A stretch of DNA of 32,000 nucleotides from Candidatus Thorarchaeota archaeon (GCA_008080745.1 SHMX01000001.1:600001-632000); one strand, 5' to 3'; numbered from the stretch's first letter, positions 1-8,501 are shown. Notes: generated by a model not told the origin, from the letters alone. Translations and numbers: made by a program.

Positions 1-2
1 GT

Positions 3-287
3 TTGATATTTCCCATTGGGTTCCCACAGAGTTTTGTAAGCATTATTGTGATAGCTCTATTCTGGGTTCCATTTTTGTCAATGTTATATGTAATAAGAGA
101 GGACAATATTTGGCAGCTACGGATACCACATTTGATAGCCATGCTTGGCCCACTCGCTATGGTAGGATCATTTCTGATTGTAGCGAACCTGTTAGATGTG
201 CCGTTGATTCTACTACCGGGTGTATATCTAGCAATTCTTGTTCCTGTATCATGGATAGGAACATATGCATTGAAGAAACACAACTAA
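3..287 (+). CDS. Hypothetical integral membrane protein (about 3 TM), possibly 5'-truncated by the window edge
   Basis: Hydrophobic 94-aa ORF; the TTG at 3 may not be the true start; stop lies just before the wHTH gene. Confidence 0.6.
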   Translation: MIFPIGFPQSFVSIIVIALFWVPFLSMLYVIREDNIWQLRIPHLIAMLGPLAMVGSFLIVANLLDVPLILLPGVYLAILVPVSWIGTYALKKHN

Positions 288-303
288 TGGTAAGGTGCTA
301 GAG

Positions 304-750
304 ATGACTAAAGATGATGAGCTAGATATTTCATTGGTCTTTGAATTGGGTGAAACAACGTGGAAGGTCTTGGTCACCATGCTTAGCATCAAGAAACCCA
401 TAGGTCCCAGAGAGCTAGCTCGTCATCTTAATCTGAGCAGTCCCAGCGTGGCACTCTACCACCTTGACAAGCTCAAAGAACACGGGCTAGTAACAAAGGA
501 TGTTCATGGCGAATATCAGATAGATCCAAAAGCAGACATAGGATTTCTGGATAATTTCCTATTTCTCAAGCAGAAGATCGTTCCACGGACTTTATTCTAT
601 GCTGTATTCTTGACCATAGTTCTTGCAATATATGTAACCATTGTCAGATTTGACTATGGCATTCATAATGTGTTTGCCCTCGTTCTAGGTATTTCTGGTT
701 GTGCTTTTCTATGGGCGGAAGTCATCCGAATTTGGAAAGGGCTTGTTTAA
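304..750 (+). CDS. Membrane-anchored winged-helix (ArsR-like) transcriptional regulator
   Basis: HTH 'IGPRELARHLNLSSPSVALYHLDKLKEHGLV' plus wing, followed by two C-terminal TM helices. ATG at 304 has AAGGTG upstream; alternative GTG start at 295. Confidence 0.8.
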   Translation: MTKDDELDISLVFELGETTWKVLVTMLSIKKPIGPRELARHLNLSSPSVALYHLDKLKEHGLVTKDVHGEYQIDPKADIGFLDNFLFLKQKIVPRTLFYAVFLTIVLAIYVTIVRFDYGIHNVFALVLGISGCAFLWAEVIRIWKGLV

Positions 751-870
751 TACGGGAAAATATTCCGGAAAACAAGATGTACAAGATAGAGACGTAATCC
801 CATAAGCCCCACAATCAAAACGGCAGATAGAAATCTAATGCGATAGAATTCTCGTAATATTTAATAGTCA

Positions 871-883
871 CCGAACATTTCCC
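871..883 (-). promoter_or_regulatory. Putative TF box (reverse complement GGGAAATGTTCGG) between a TATA-like tract (855-866) and the ATG at 891
   Basis: 12/13 match to GGGAAATATTCGG seen at 2559-2571 (+) and 8532-8544 (-). Confidence 0.55.
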
Positions 884-890
884 ATATATT

Positions 891-1382
891 ATGAAATCGT
901 TGAAGGGTAGAACCATTATTCTTGGTCTGGTTCTCATAATGGCTGTTAGCCTGTTACCAAGTTCTGTTGTTGCGTATTCCAGCAATAGCTCACTGTTATC
1001 AATAACCCATGCCGATTATGGTGACTTGGACGATGACGGAGCAGATGATGATGTAATTACAGAGGCCCGAATTGGGTCGCTCACCGGTTTTCCAGAATTC
1101 ATTATCTGTACAGTGACATTTACACTTACATTACCGTCAGGAGCCAATTATACAACTGACGTAGTGATATGTGGGATATATGATGTAGTAGATCTTACAA
1201 TCGAATGGTACGACCATGCAACCGAATCAGGATGGTATAAGATCCACGCAGAGATGGAATCAGTCACTATGTTATGGGAATTCTCAGCTGATGCATATGT
1301 TATATTCGACCCACCAGAAGAGGGTCCACCAGGTACACCCTGGGTAAGAGTCCTTGTAAATAACCAAGTACCCTTCTGGTAA
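891..1382 (+). CDS. Secreted hypothetical protein with acidic Ca-binding-like motif and Pro-rich C-terminus
   Basis: Signal peptide (MKSLKGR + hydrophobic stretch + VVA/YS); 'DYGDLDDDGADDD'; beta-rich body; 'DPPEEGPPGTP'. Confidence 0.75.
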   Translation: MKSLKGRTIILGLVLIMAVSLLPSSVVAYSSNSSLLSITHADYGDLDDDGADDDVITEARIGSLTGFPEFIICTVTFTLTLPSGANYTTDVVICGIYDVVDLTIEWYDHATESGWYKIHAEMESVTMLWEFSADAYVIFDPPEEGPPGTPWVRVLVNNQVPFW

Positions 1383-1411
1383 TCATGATACTTGTGGGGG
1401 AAACCACATAG

Positions 1412-2530
1412 TTGAGTAATGGCCTTACGGCCAATCATCTCAGAGTGTTAGTTGCTCTTCAACAAATACCCCTTGGTACGTATGACCAACTCTCCGAGAA
1501 AGTAGGCCTAGCAAAATCAGTAGTTTATGGATACGTCCAAGAGCTAGCAGAATGGCCTGGAACTGGAGAGTCCTACTTTGTAGTTGCTGCAAACCCACAC
1601 CTAGAAAATCTAGGACTGCAGCTAGTTGATGTACTTGTGGAGGCAGACAGTGAACCTAAGTTAGAAGCAGTCGAAAGGATTTGTCAGAAACACCCATACA
1701 CGGTATACAGAGCTAGATGTTTTGGAGACACTAATGGCATGCTAACCCAGTTCCGTATACCAATTGGAAACACAGGAAAAATAGAAGAACTCTTCGGCAA
1801 AGCATCAAAAAGAGGGGTTTGTGACGATTTCAAAATCTTACCTTTTGTCGATTCAACACCTACGTACACCACAATGGACATAGATCACTGGAACCATGAC
1901 ATAGGTCATTGGGAATTCAATTGGGAGAAATGGTTTTCAGAAGAAGCCAAACTTAATCAGCCAACAGAAACTAAGCAGGCCCTGGGCTCTGAGAAGTCTT
2001 GGCTATCTCGAGAGGACATCATCATTATTCGAGAATTGACCAAGAACGCACGACAGAAAAACAAAGACATCATGGCGACTTTGAAAAAAGCAGGAATTGA
2101 AATGACTTCTCAGGCGTTTAGCAGAAAATTAGCAAGAATCAAAAAACGATGTATCAATGGATATCGTGTTCAGATAAACCCGTTTGCATTTGATTCTTAT
2201 AATCCAGTTCTTATCTGGGGTGAAGGAAAAATCGAAGATATTCAGTCACTTCAAGCGAGAATTTCAAAGAATCCAATACCATTTACATCAACCTTCAAAA
2301 CAGACGATGGAAATCTGTTCTGGTACCTCCATCTCCCCGCAACACATCTTTCTGATCTCCTCTTTCATCTCCGTCCCATTCTACACGACCTTAGATTTAA
2401 TCACATAGACTATGTACGAAGTAGCACTTACTATCTCTGGCCGGAAACATTCAATGAGAAAGAACACGACTGGAAAAATGATTCCAATTTCATGATTGAC
2501 AGTGTCCTTGACCAGATAAGTGATCGATAA
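1412..2530 (+). CDS. Tandem (HTH + effector domain) x2 Lrp/AsnC-like transcriptional regulator
   Basis: HTH1 'LRVLVALQQIPLGTYDQLSEKVGLAKSVVYGYVQEL' followed by an Lrp-like 'NPHLENLGLQLVDVLVE'; HTH2 'REDIIIIRELTKNARQKNKDIM...SQAFSRKLARI' followed by 'GYRVQINPFAF'. TTG start. Confidence 0.7.
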   Translation: MSNGLTANHLRVLVALQQIPLGTYDQLSEKVGLAKSVVYGYVQELAEWPGTGESYFVVAANPHLENLGLQLVDVLVEADSEPKLEAVERICQKHPYTVYRARCFGDTNGMLTQFRIPIGNTGKIEELFGKASKRGVCDDFKILPFVDSTPTYTTMDIDHWNHDIGHWEFNWEKWFSEEAKLNQPTETKQALGSEKSWLSREDIIIIRELTKNARQKNKDIMATLKKAGIEMTSQAFSRKLARIKKRCINGYRVQINPFAFDSYNPVLIWGEGKIEDIQSLQARISKNPIPFTSTFKTDDGNLFWYLHLPATHLSDLLFHLRPILHDLRFNHIDYVRSSTYYLWPETFNEKEHDWKNDSNFMIDSVLDQISDR

Positions 2531-2558
2531 GGGTATGTAGCAGCCCGCAACCCGTTAT

Positions 2559-2601
2559 GGGAAATATTCGGTAAATATATATAATATGAAGAATATATCC
2601 G
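2559..2601 (+). promoter_or_regulatory. Promoter of the S8 protease gene: TATA box flanked by inverted operator boxes
   Basis: GGGAAATATTC-GGTAAATATATATAATATGAA-GAATATATCCG; GAGAGGT RBS-like motif at about 2631-2637. Confidence 0.7.
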
Positions 2602-2644
2602 CAATATCTCTAGTCTTTATGGACAATAGAGAGAGGTAAACAAA

Positions 2645-4921
2645 ATGAGAATTGAACGGAAAATGCTGGCGGCATTATTATTCATTGCCACCTTATTAAG
2701 TGTGAGCGGGCAATTCTATGGGGCACCCATTCATACACAAGTAATTGTATATGAGCCTGTAGAACAGCCATACTCACCGTCATGGGATTCTGATCTAAAC
2801 AGAATCCACGACGATCTTGATAAGAAACTCAGAGATATGAGTTTTGGTGATTCGGTAAACGTGATAGCCAAAGGCGCATCTATTGAACTACTAGAAGCTG
2901 CTGCTGCGGATTATAATTGTGAGGTCAGTTCACGATATCCAGCTATCAACGCTATAGCTCTTCAAATCGATAAACATCTAATCGATGATTTCAGCAAGGA
3001 CGTTAGAATCCATCATCTTGAGGATGCAGATCTTGAGATGAAGACGTTTCTTGACAGCTCACTAGATGTTACGGAAATACCCGAGGCGTATGCAAATTAT
3101 CCCTACCATGGTGAAGGAATGGTCATTGCCATTGTAGATACTGGTATTGACAACAGCCATATGGACCTAGATGATGACGATCCATATAATGATCATAAAG
3201 TCATAGCATTTAGGGACGTTATCAATGGTAACGACGACTTTTCATTACCCATTGATGCTTATGATGATCAAGGACATGGTACCCATTGTGCCAGCATCGC
3301 TGCTGGAACCGGTGAGGCAAGTAGCGGGCAATACAGAGGTGTTGCATATGCATCACAGCTGGTCGGCGTAAAAGTTCTGAGTGGAGAGGGCAGCGGAACA
3401 GAACAGCAAATCCTTGATGGGATGCAATGGGTCATAGACAATAAGGATGTCTATGGTATAGACATAGTCTCAATGAGTCTAGGATCAAACAGTGCAACTC
3501 CATCTGATGGAACTGATTCACTCTGTCAAATGGCTGATGCAATGATGGATGCGGGATTACTTCTATTTGTAGCGGCTGGTAATCACGGATATCCAGAGTG
3601 GTTGTATGGATACAATACTATTGGATCTCCAGCAGCTTCAGAAAAGGCAGTAACAATCGGTTCCGTTAATGATGATGGAAGCTGGTCTTCATTTAGCAAC
3701 GAGGGGCCAACAGGTGATGACCGCATTAAGCCAGATGTGATGGCAGTTGGAGCTGATGTCACAGCCGCTAAAGCTGATTCGACCAATCAGTATGTGGCAT
3801 ATTCTGGAACCAGTATGGCAACACCAACCGCAGCTGGTATTGGAGCACTTCTGCGCCAAGCAAATCCCAGTCTCAACCCATCTCAATTGAAAGATGTATT
3901 GCAGGATACTGCAATGGATATGGGAGATCCTGGAAAGGACAATACCTACGGTTCGGGAATCATTCAGACCAAGCAGGCTCTTGATGTGGTGACAGGAGGA
4001 ATAGACAATCCACCAACAGTCAGCATCGAGGCACCACTTGACCAGAGTACGGTTTCAGATACCTACCGGATTCTTGTTGCAGCTAGTGACGATAACTCTG
4101 TTACATCCGTTGAGCTTGCAATAGATGGCACTTGGATTGATATTACCGCTAATTATGATGGTACCCATTATTATTATGACTGGGATACAACCACATATTC
4201 CGAAGGACTTCACACTATATCAGCCAGGGCGACCGATGACGCAAGTCAGACTGCTGAGACCACCATTGAAGTAACGGTCTCAAACGAGGGGCCCATTGAC
4301 AATCCACCCACCTGTGTAATAGCTGATCCCACTGAGGGAGAAACAATCACAGGTACTCATAGAATTCTTGTCTCAGCAAGTGATGATAATGGCATCAATG
4401 CTATCGAGGTAAGAATCGATGGGGGAAGTTGGATTGATATAACTGGTAACTTTGACGGTGCATACTATTACTATGACTTTGATTCAACAACTGTTGATGA
4501 TGGAACACATGGAATAGAGGCAAGAGCCATTGATACCATCTCCCAGGCCACTTCTGATACGATTAGTGTCACTGTCGAAAATGAGATTGTTCAAAATGCA
4601 ATGTTTATTGCCGACATAGAGGTCAGTAGTTGGAGCTTTTGGATCTTCACTTATTGTGAAGTCGAGGTCACCATAGTGGCAGGTACACCCTCAGACTATG
4701 TGGGTCTATCTGGTGCAACGGTGAACTTGGAAACAACATCTCCACTGGGAAGTACCAAATCCTATTCTGACACTACCGACTCATCAGGTGTAGCCTACTT
4801 TGACATCGGTTGGATATCTTCAGGTACGTGGGTGTTCAAGGTAATTGATGTCACACATGCCGATTACACATATGATCCATCTCTCAACATAAACGGTGAC
4901 ACCGTAGAAGTGGATCTCTGA
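2645..4921 (+). CDS. Secreted subtilisin-like serine protease (S8) with propeptide, two Ig-like domains and a C-terminal beta-sandwich
   Basis: Signal peptide; catalytic motifs 'IVDTG', 'HGTHCA', 'AAGN', 'GTSMATP'; two 98-aa 'DNPPT...WDTT/FDST...H' Ig repeats starting at 4004 and 4298. Confidence 0.95.
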   Translation: MRIERKMLAALLFIATLLSVSGQFYGAPIHTQVIVYEPVEQPYSPSWDSDLNRIHDDLDKKLRDMSFGDSVNVIAKGASIELLEAAAADYNCEVSSRYPAINAIALQIDKHLIDDFSKDVRIHHLEDADLEMKTFLDSSLDVTEIPEAYANYPYHGEGMVIAIVDTGIDNSHMDLDDDDPYNDHKVIAFRDVINGNDDFSLPIDAYDDQGHGTHCASIAAGTGEASSGQYRGVAYASQLVGVKVLSGEGSGTEQQILDGMQWVIDNKDVYGIDIVSMSLGSNSATPSDGTDSLCQMADAMMDAGLLLFVAAGNHGYPEWLYGYNTIGSPAASEKAVTIGSVNDDGSWSSFSNEGPTGDDRIKPDVMAVGADVTAAKADSTNQYVAYSGTSMATPTAAGIGALLRQANPSLNPSQLKDVLQDTAMDMGDPGKDNTYGSGIIQTKQALDVVTGGIDNPPTVSIEAPLDQSTVSDTYRILVAASDDNSVTSVELAIDGTWIDITANYDGTHYYYDWDTTTYSEGLHTISARATDDASQTAETTIEVTVSNEGPIDNPPTCVIADPTEGETITGTHRILVSASDDNGINAIEVRIDGGSWIDITGNFDGAYYYYDFDSTTVDDGTHGIEARAIDTISQATSDTISVTVENEIVQNAMFIADIEVSSWSFWIFTYCEVEVTIVAGTPSDYVGLSGATVNLETTSPLGSTKSYSDTTDSSGVAYFDIGWISSGTWVFKVIDVTHADYTYDPSLNINGDTVEVDL

Positions 4922-4943
4922 AATCTGTAGAATATCTTCTCCC

Positions 4944-4978
4944 GGAATGAAGGTTCGTCCTTCATTCCTTTTTCTTTT
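4944..4978 (+). terminator. Hairpin plus U-tract terminator after the protease gene
   Basis: Perfect 10-bp stem GGAATGAAGG / CCTTCATTCC, loop TTCGT, followed by TTTTTCTTTT. Confidence 0.75.
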
Positions 4979-5048
4979 CAAACTGGATTCGTTTCCTTGA
5001 CTGAAAAAGAAGAGTAAGCATTACTTTTTAACAGGCTTCGATAAATGG

Positions 5049-6263
5049 ATGTCCGAGGGACGATATTTGGTTTGGTCGATTCCAAAGAGGAATACGCTCT
5101 TTTTGATTTTGATAATGGTCAGCCTTTGTTCGTCCATAACCAGTATTGAAGAATACACCTTAGCAGATCAAAACATAGAAACCCGAGCTGTCTGGCTAAA
5201 CCATTATGCCTTCAATTCTGATGCAAAACGGAATGAAACATTAGAAAAGATTCGTTCAGCAAACCTGAACACGGTATTAATGATATCTCCTCCGATAGGA
5301 GATAACAACGGTTGGTCCGAGATAGAGGATTTCTCAGAAATGCTAGAAGAGTTGGTAGAATATGACATAAGTGTACATGCTTGGATTGCCAACCTATACA
5401 GAGTAAAAGGACAAAGAGCCGATTTTAGTAACACCACGGAACAGTCAGAGCAAATCAATTGGGCATTGGAAATTCTGCGCACATATCCAAAACTCGATGG
5501 AGTTCATTTTGATTACATACGAACAGAGAATTTGGATTACGTTAATGCAACAAAAATGAACGCAATCAGTTCCGTGATTGAACACACCAAAGAGAGAATC
5601 AGAGAAGAGTTTCCCGAAAAATACCTTACCACCGCCGGATGGTCTCTATCAGGAGAGATAAGGACACCACAAGACGAGCTTCCCGAATGGTATCTCGAAT
5701 GGTTCAATCAGTATGAAGACGATCCAGTAAACAGATGGAGTAAAGCCGCTTACAGCCACAATGGACATCCCACATGTTTTGGTGTTCAGCAAGATCCTGT
5801 AATTTGGCTATCTCAAGGCGAATTGGATTTTCACATCTCGATGGAGTATTGTTATGAAACAGACTGGTGGACAGGTGAAGTGGATATCTGGAATACCTTC
5901 CCCTACGAGGTGGTGGAACATATCTTCATGGGACTTGGTTGGTATTCAGGAGTTTGGGAGGAGGAGAGCTACACAGAAGAAATGGTTGCAACAGAGATTG
6001 TGAATAAGATTCAGTACGGCAGATCTCATAAAATCACAGGATTCAGTATATTCGAACTTGGTGAGCCTTACAACAATGATAGTATTCTAATCTCGAAACT
6101 GGCAGGAGATGAAAATGATCCATTCTGGAACAAGGCAATATCCGGATTCAAAGCTGAATCTCATAGTCCTATTGACCTTTTCCAAGAGAATATCTTCCCA
6201 ATAGCTCTGATAGGAATCATATCACTAGTTGTTGTATATGCAATCAAAAGGAAGAGAAAATAA
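5049..6263 (+). CDS. Exported glycoside hydrolase-like family 10 (GHL10/DUF187, YddW/DigH-like) protein with C-terminal membrane anchor
   Basis: 'RAVWL...NLNTV', 'ISVHAWI' and 'LDGVHFDYIR' motifs; N-terminal hydrophobic signal; C-terminal TM plus KRKRK. Confidence 0.75.
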   Translation: MSEGRYLVWSIPKRNTLFLILIMVSLCSSITSIEEYTLADQNIETRAVWLNHYAFNSDAKRNETLEKIRSANLNTVLMISPPIGDNNGWSEIEDFSEMLEELVEYDISVHAWIANLYRVKGQRADFSNTTEQSEQINWALEILRTYPKLDGVHFDYIRTENLDYVNATKMNAISSVIEHTKERIREEFPEKYLTTAGWSLSGEIRTPQDELPEWYLEWFNQYEDDPVNRWSKAAYSHNGHPTCFGVQQDPVIWLSQGELDFHISMEYCYETDWWTGEVDIWNTFPYEVVEHIFMGLGWYSGVWEEESYTEEMVATEIVNKIQYGRSHKITGFSIFELGEPYNNDSILISKLAGDENDPFWNKAISGFKAESHSPIDLFQENIFPIALIGIISLVVVYAIKRKRK

Positions 6264-6264
6264 G

Positions 6265-6296
6265 AAAAAAGGAACCTCAGAGGGGTTCCTTTTTTT
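6265..6296. terminator. Bidirectional hairpin terminator between the convergent GHL10 and esterase genes
   Basis: AAAAAAGGAACCTC-AGA-GGGGTTCCTTTTTT: stem with an A-run before and a T-run after. Confidence 0.75.
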
Positions 6297-6301
6297 ACAT
6301 G

Positions 6302-8479
6302 TTATTCTATCTGTTTTCGAATTATATCAAAGATAGAGAAATCCAATAGGATGTTAGAACCAGTGGTTTGGTATGTCAGAGTCACCGTAAGTTCATAGGA
6401 TCCCGATCCCCAATAACTATGGACCATGATATACATGACCCCAGTAGAGGGGTTTTCAATGGTGATATCCTCGCCACCCCATGTACTTGCCTTGAAGTCA
6501 TAGTTAGAAGTAGTTGGCTCGGAACCCATTTTACCATATATGTCAAAATCTGTGAACCATCCAGAAGATAGTTGAACTCGCATTGACACACAGTCTTGAT
6601 CGATTACTATGAACCAAACTTCACTTGATCCACTGGAAAGGGAACCACCAACCGGAACTCCATTCTCCAGTTCATTCTCTACAGCATTTAGCACTTGCAC
6701 CGTGATTTCAGCTGACCCAACATTTCCTGCTGCATCTGCTGCCTCACAAGTAATTATGTGGTCTCCATCGGTATAACTGGTAGTATCCCAGGTAAAGGAG
6801 GAATCAGTAGAAACCTCAATACCATCAATCAATATGCGATAACTAGTCACACCTACATCATCAGTTGCAGAAAAATCGATGTTTGCATTTCCAGACACGG
6901 TTGCTCCATCAACAGGGGATAGAATTTCTACCTCTGGAGGAGTAGTATCAATATATGAATTATCAACTACAACAGAGATTGACGAACTTCCAAGATTGCC
7001 ACTAGTATCAATAGCCTCACAAAGAATAGTATGATATCCATCTTCGTAAGTTTCCGTGTCCCACAGGTAGTGGGTTTCGGCAGATACTGAAATACCATCA
7101 ATCTTGATACAGTATGAGTCAACACCCTTGTCATCTTCTGCTGAGAAGATTATTTCAACGACATCCTTCACAGTTGCACCATCTGTTGGTTGACTAATTG
7201 TTACTACAGGCAGGGAATCATCTATATTATCGACAGTAACAGATATCTCTTCAGAACCCTGGTTGCCCAATGTATCGATTGCTTCGCACCGTATGAAGTG
7301 GGTACCATCGGACCATCCAGTTGAGTCCCAGTGGTATGTGTTCGATTCTGATACAAGAACATCATCAATGTAGGTCTTTATTTCTGAAACACCGCTTTCA
7401 TCTTGAGCTGAAAAGCTAATAGTAACGATGCCATCCACAATAGAACCGTCAGTGGGGGATTCAATTGTTATTGTTGGAGGAGTCTGATCGATTCCTTCAT
7501 GAGTACGAGCCTCAACGATTCCTGCATTTACATCAGCATCGAGCTCTTCACCAAAAAGATACTTATGAAATGATACATCACCAACTAAGAAATATTGAAG
7601 ATGAGCTATAGCATATTTACAAGCAAGTCTATGGTGTTCCTCAAGACTTATTGTAGGACTATTATCACCCATTCCGCTATTTTCATCCATGTATTGATAG
7701 TGATTTGCACCAACTATACCAATAAAGATCTTTGACACATCTGAGAGTGTACCATATACATAATCAGGATCGTTTCTAGCAACGTCATCCAATGTTCCTT
7801 TTTGAATCATTCCAGGAACATCAATTCCAGCAACCTCATCATACATATCAGGATCAGGCTGTCCAGGAAACATATTCGTCTTGTTTGCAGGAGCCATCGC
7901 AATAAATGTGCTGATTCGAGAATCACGATTTGTTGCCAACAATATAGCCCGAGCTCCCATTGAGTAGCCTACTGCAGCAAACTTTGATACATCGAACATT
8001 CCTGCGAGGAAATAGGAAGTATCAGCGTTCCTATTAATCACCCAATCAATACAATCAGAAATATCCTGTGCATTTCTTTCATGATTAGTTGAAAACAACC
8101 CATCACTAAAGTCAATGACAGCAACTATGTAACCCCAGCTTGCCTGCCATTCTGCATACCACTCATATTGAGATGGATCAGAATTGAATCCCCTCCCAAA
8201 TATGACGACAGGATATGGAGCGTTATCCTGTGAAGGATTTGTATCAGTACCACCTTCTGTTGCAGGATAGTATAATTCAACGTCTATGGTGTACCCAGAT
8301 TCATCCACGAAACTTCCTGTTGTGAACCCTACTTGATAGGCACCAGGAGAATCAGGAGAAGTTGTAGAGAGTCTACTAAATCTGACAGCAACACTTTCTG
8401 TGGAAGTCTGAAAGCCAGAATACAGGACTCCACTAGTAATGATGGTCAGAAGTAGTAAGATAGCAAATGTCTTTTTCAT
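6302..8479 (-). CDS. Secreted alpha/beta hydrolase (cutinase/PETase/chlorophyllase-like) with three Ig-like domains and a PPC domain
   Basis: Signal peptide; 'PYPVVIFGRGF', 'ASWGYIVAVID', nucleophile 'VGYSMGA', acid 'GTLDDVA', His 'GANHY'; three '(D)xxPP/LP...WD(S/T)...DG.H.I.CEA' repeats; PPC-like 'DFDIYGKMGSEPTTSNYD...YIMVHSY'. Confidence 0.85.
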   Translation of the reverse strand: MKKTFAILLLLTIITSGVLYSGFQTSTESVAVRFSRLSTTSPDSPGAYQVGFTTGSFVDESGYTIDVELYYPATEGGTDTNPSQDNAPYPVVIFGRGFNSDPSQYEWYAEWQASWGYIVAVIDFSDGLFSTNHERNAQDISDCIDWVINRNADTSYFLAGMFDVSKFAAVGYSMGARAILLATNRDSRISTFIAMAPANKTNMFPGQPDPDMYDEVAGIDVPGMIQKGTLDDVARNDPDYVYGTLSDVSKIFIGIVGANHYQYMDENSGMGDNSPTISLEEHHRLACKYAIAHLQYFLVGDVSFHKYLFGEELDADVNAGIVEARTHEGIDQTPPTITIESPTDGSIVDGIVTISFSAQDESGVSEIKTYIDDVLVSESNTYHWDSTGWSDGTHFIRCEAIDTLGNQGSEEISVTVDNIDDSLPVVTISQPTDGATVKDVVEIIFSAEDDKGVDSYCIKIDGISVSAETHYLWDTETYEDGYHTILCEAIDTSGNLGSSSISVVVDNSYIDTTPPEVEILSPVDGATVSGNANIDFSATDDVGVTSYRILIDGIEVSTDSSFTWDTTSYTDGDHIITCEAADAAGNVGSAEITVQVLNAVENELENGVPVGGSLSSGSSEVWFIVIDQDCVSMRVQLSSGWFTDFDIYGKMGSEPTTSNYDFKASTWGGEDITIENPSTGVMYIMVHSYWGSGSYELTVTLTYQTTGSNILLDFSIFDIIRKQIE

Positions 8480-8501
8480 TTTGCAGTCTCCATTGTGGGT
8501 A

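Noticed and set aside
1393-1408. Small hairpin TGTGG-GGGAAA-CCACA before the Lrp-like gene
   Set aside because: Only a 5-bp stem with no U-tract; could be chance
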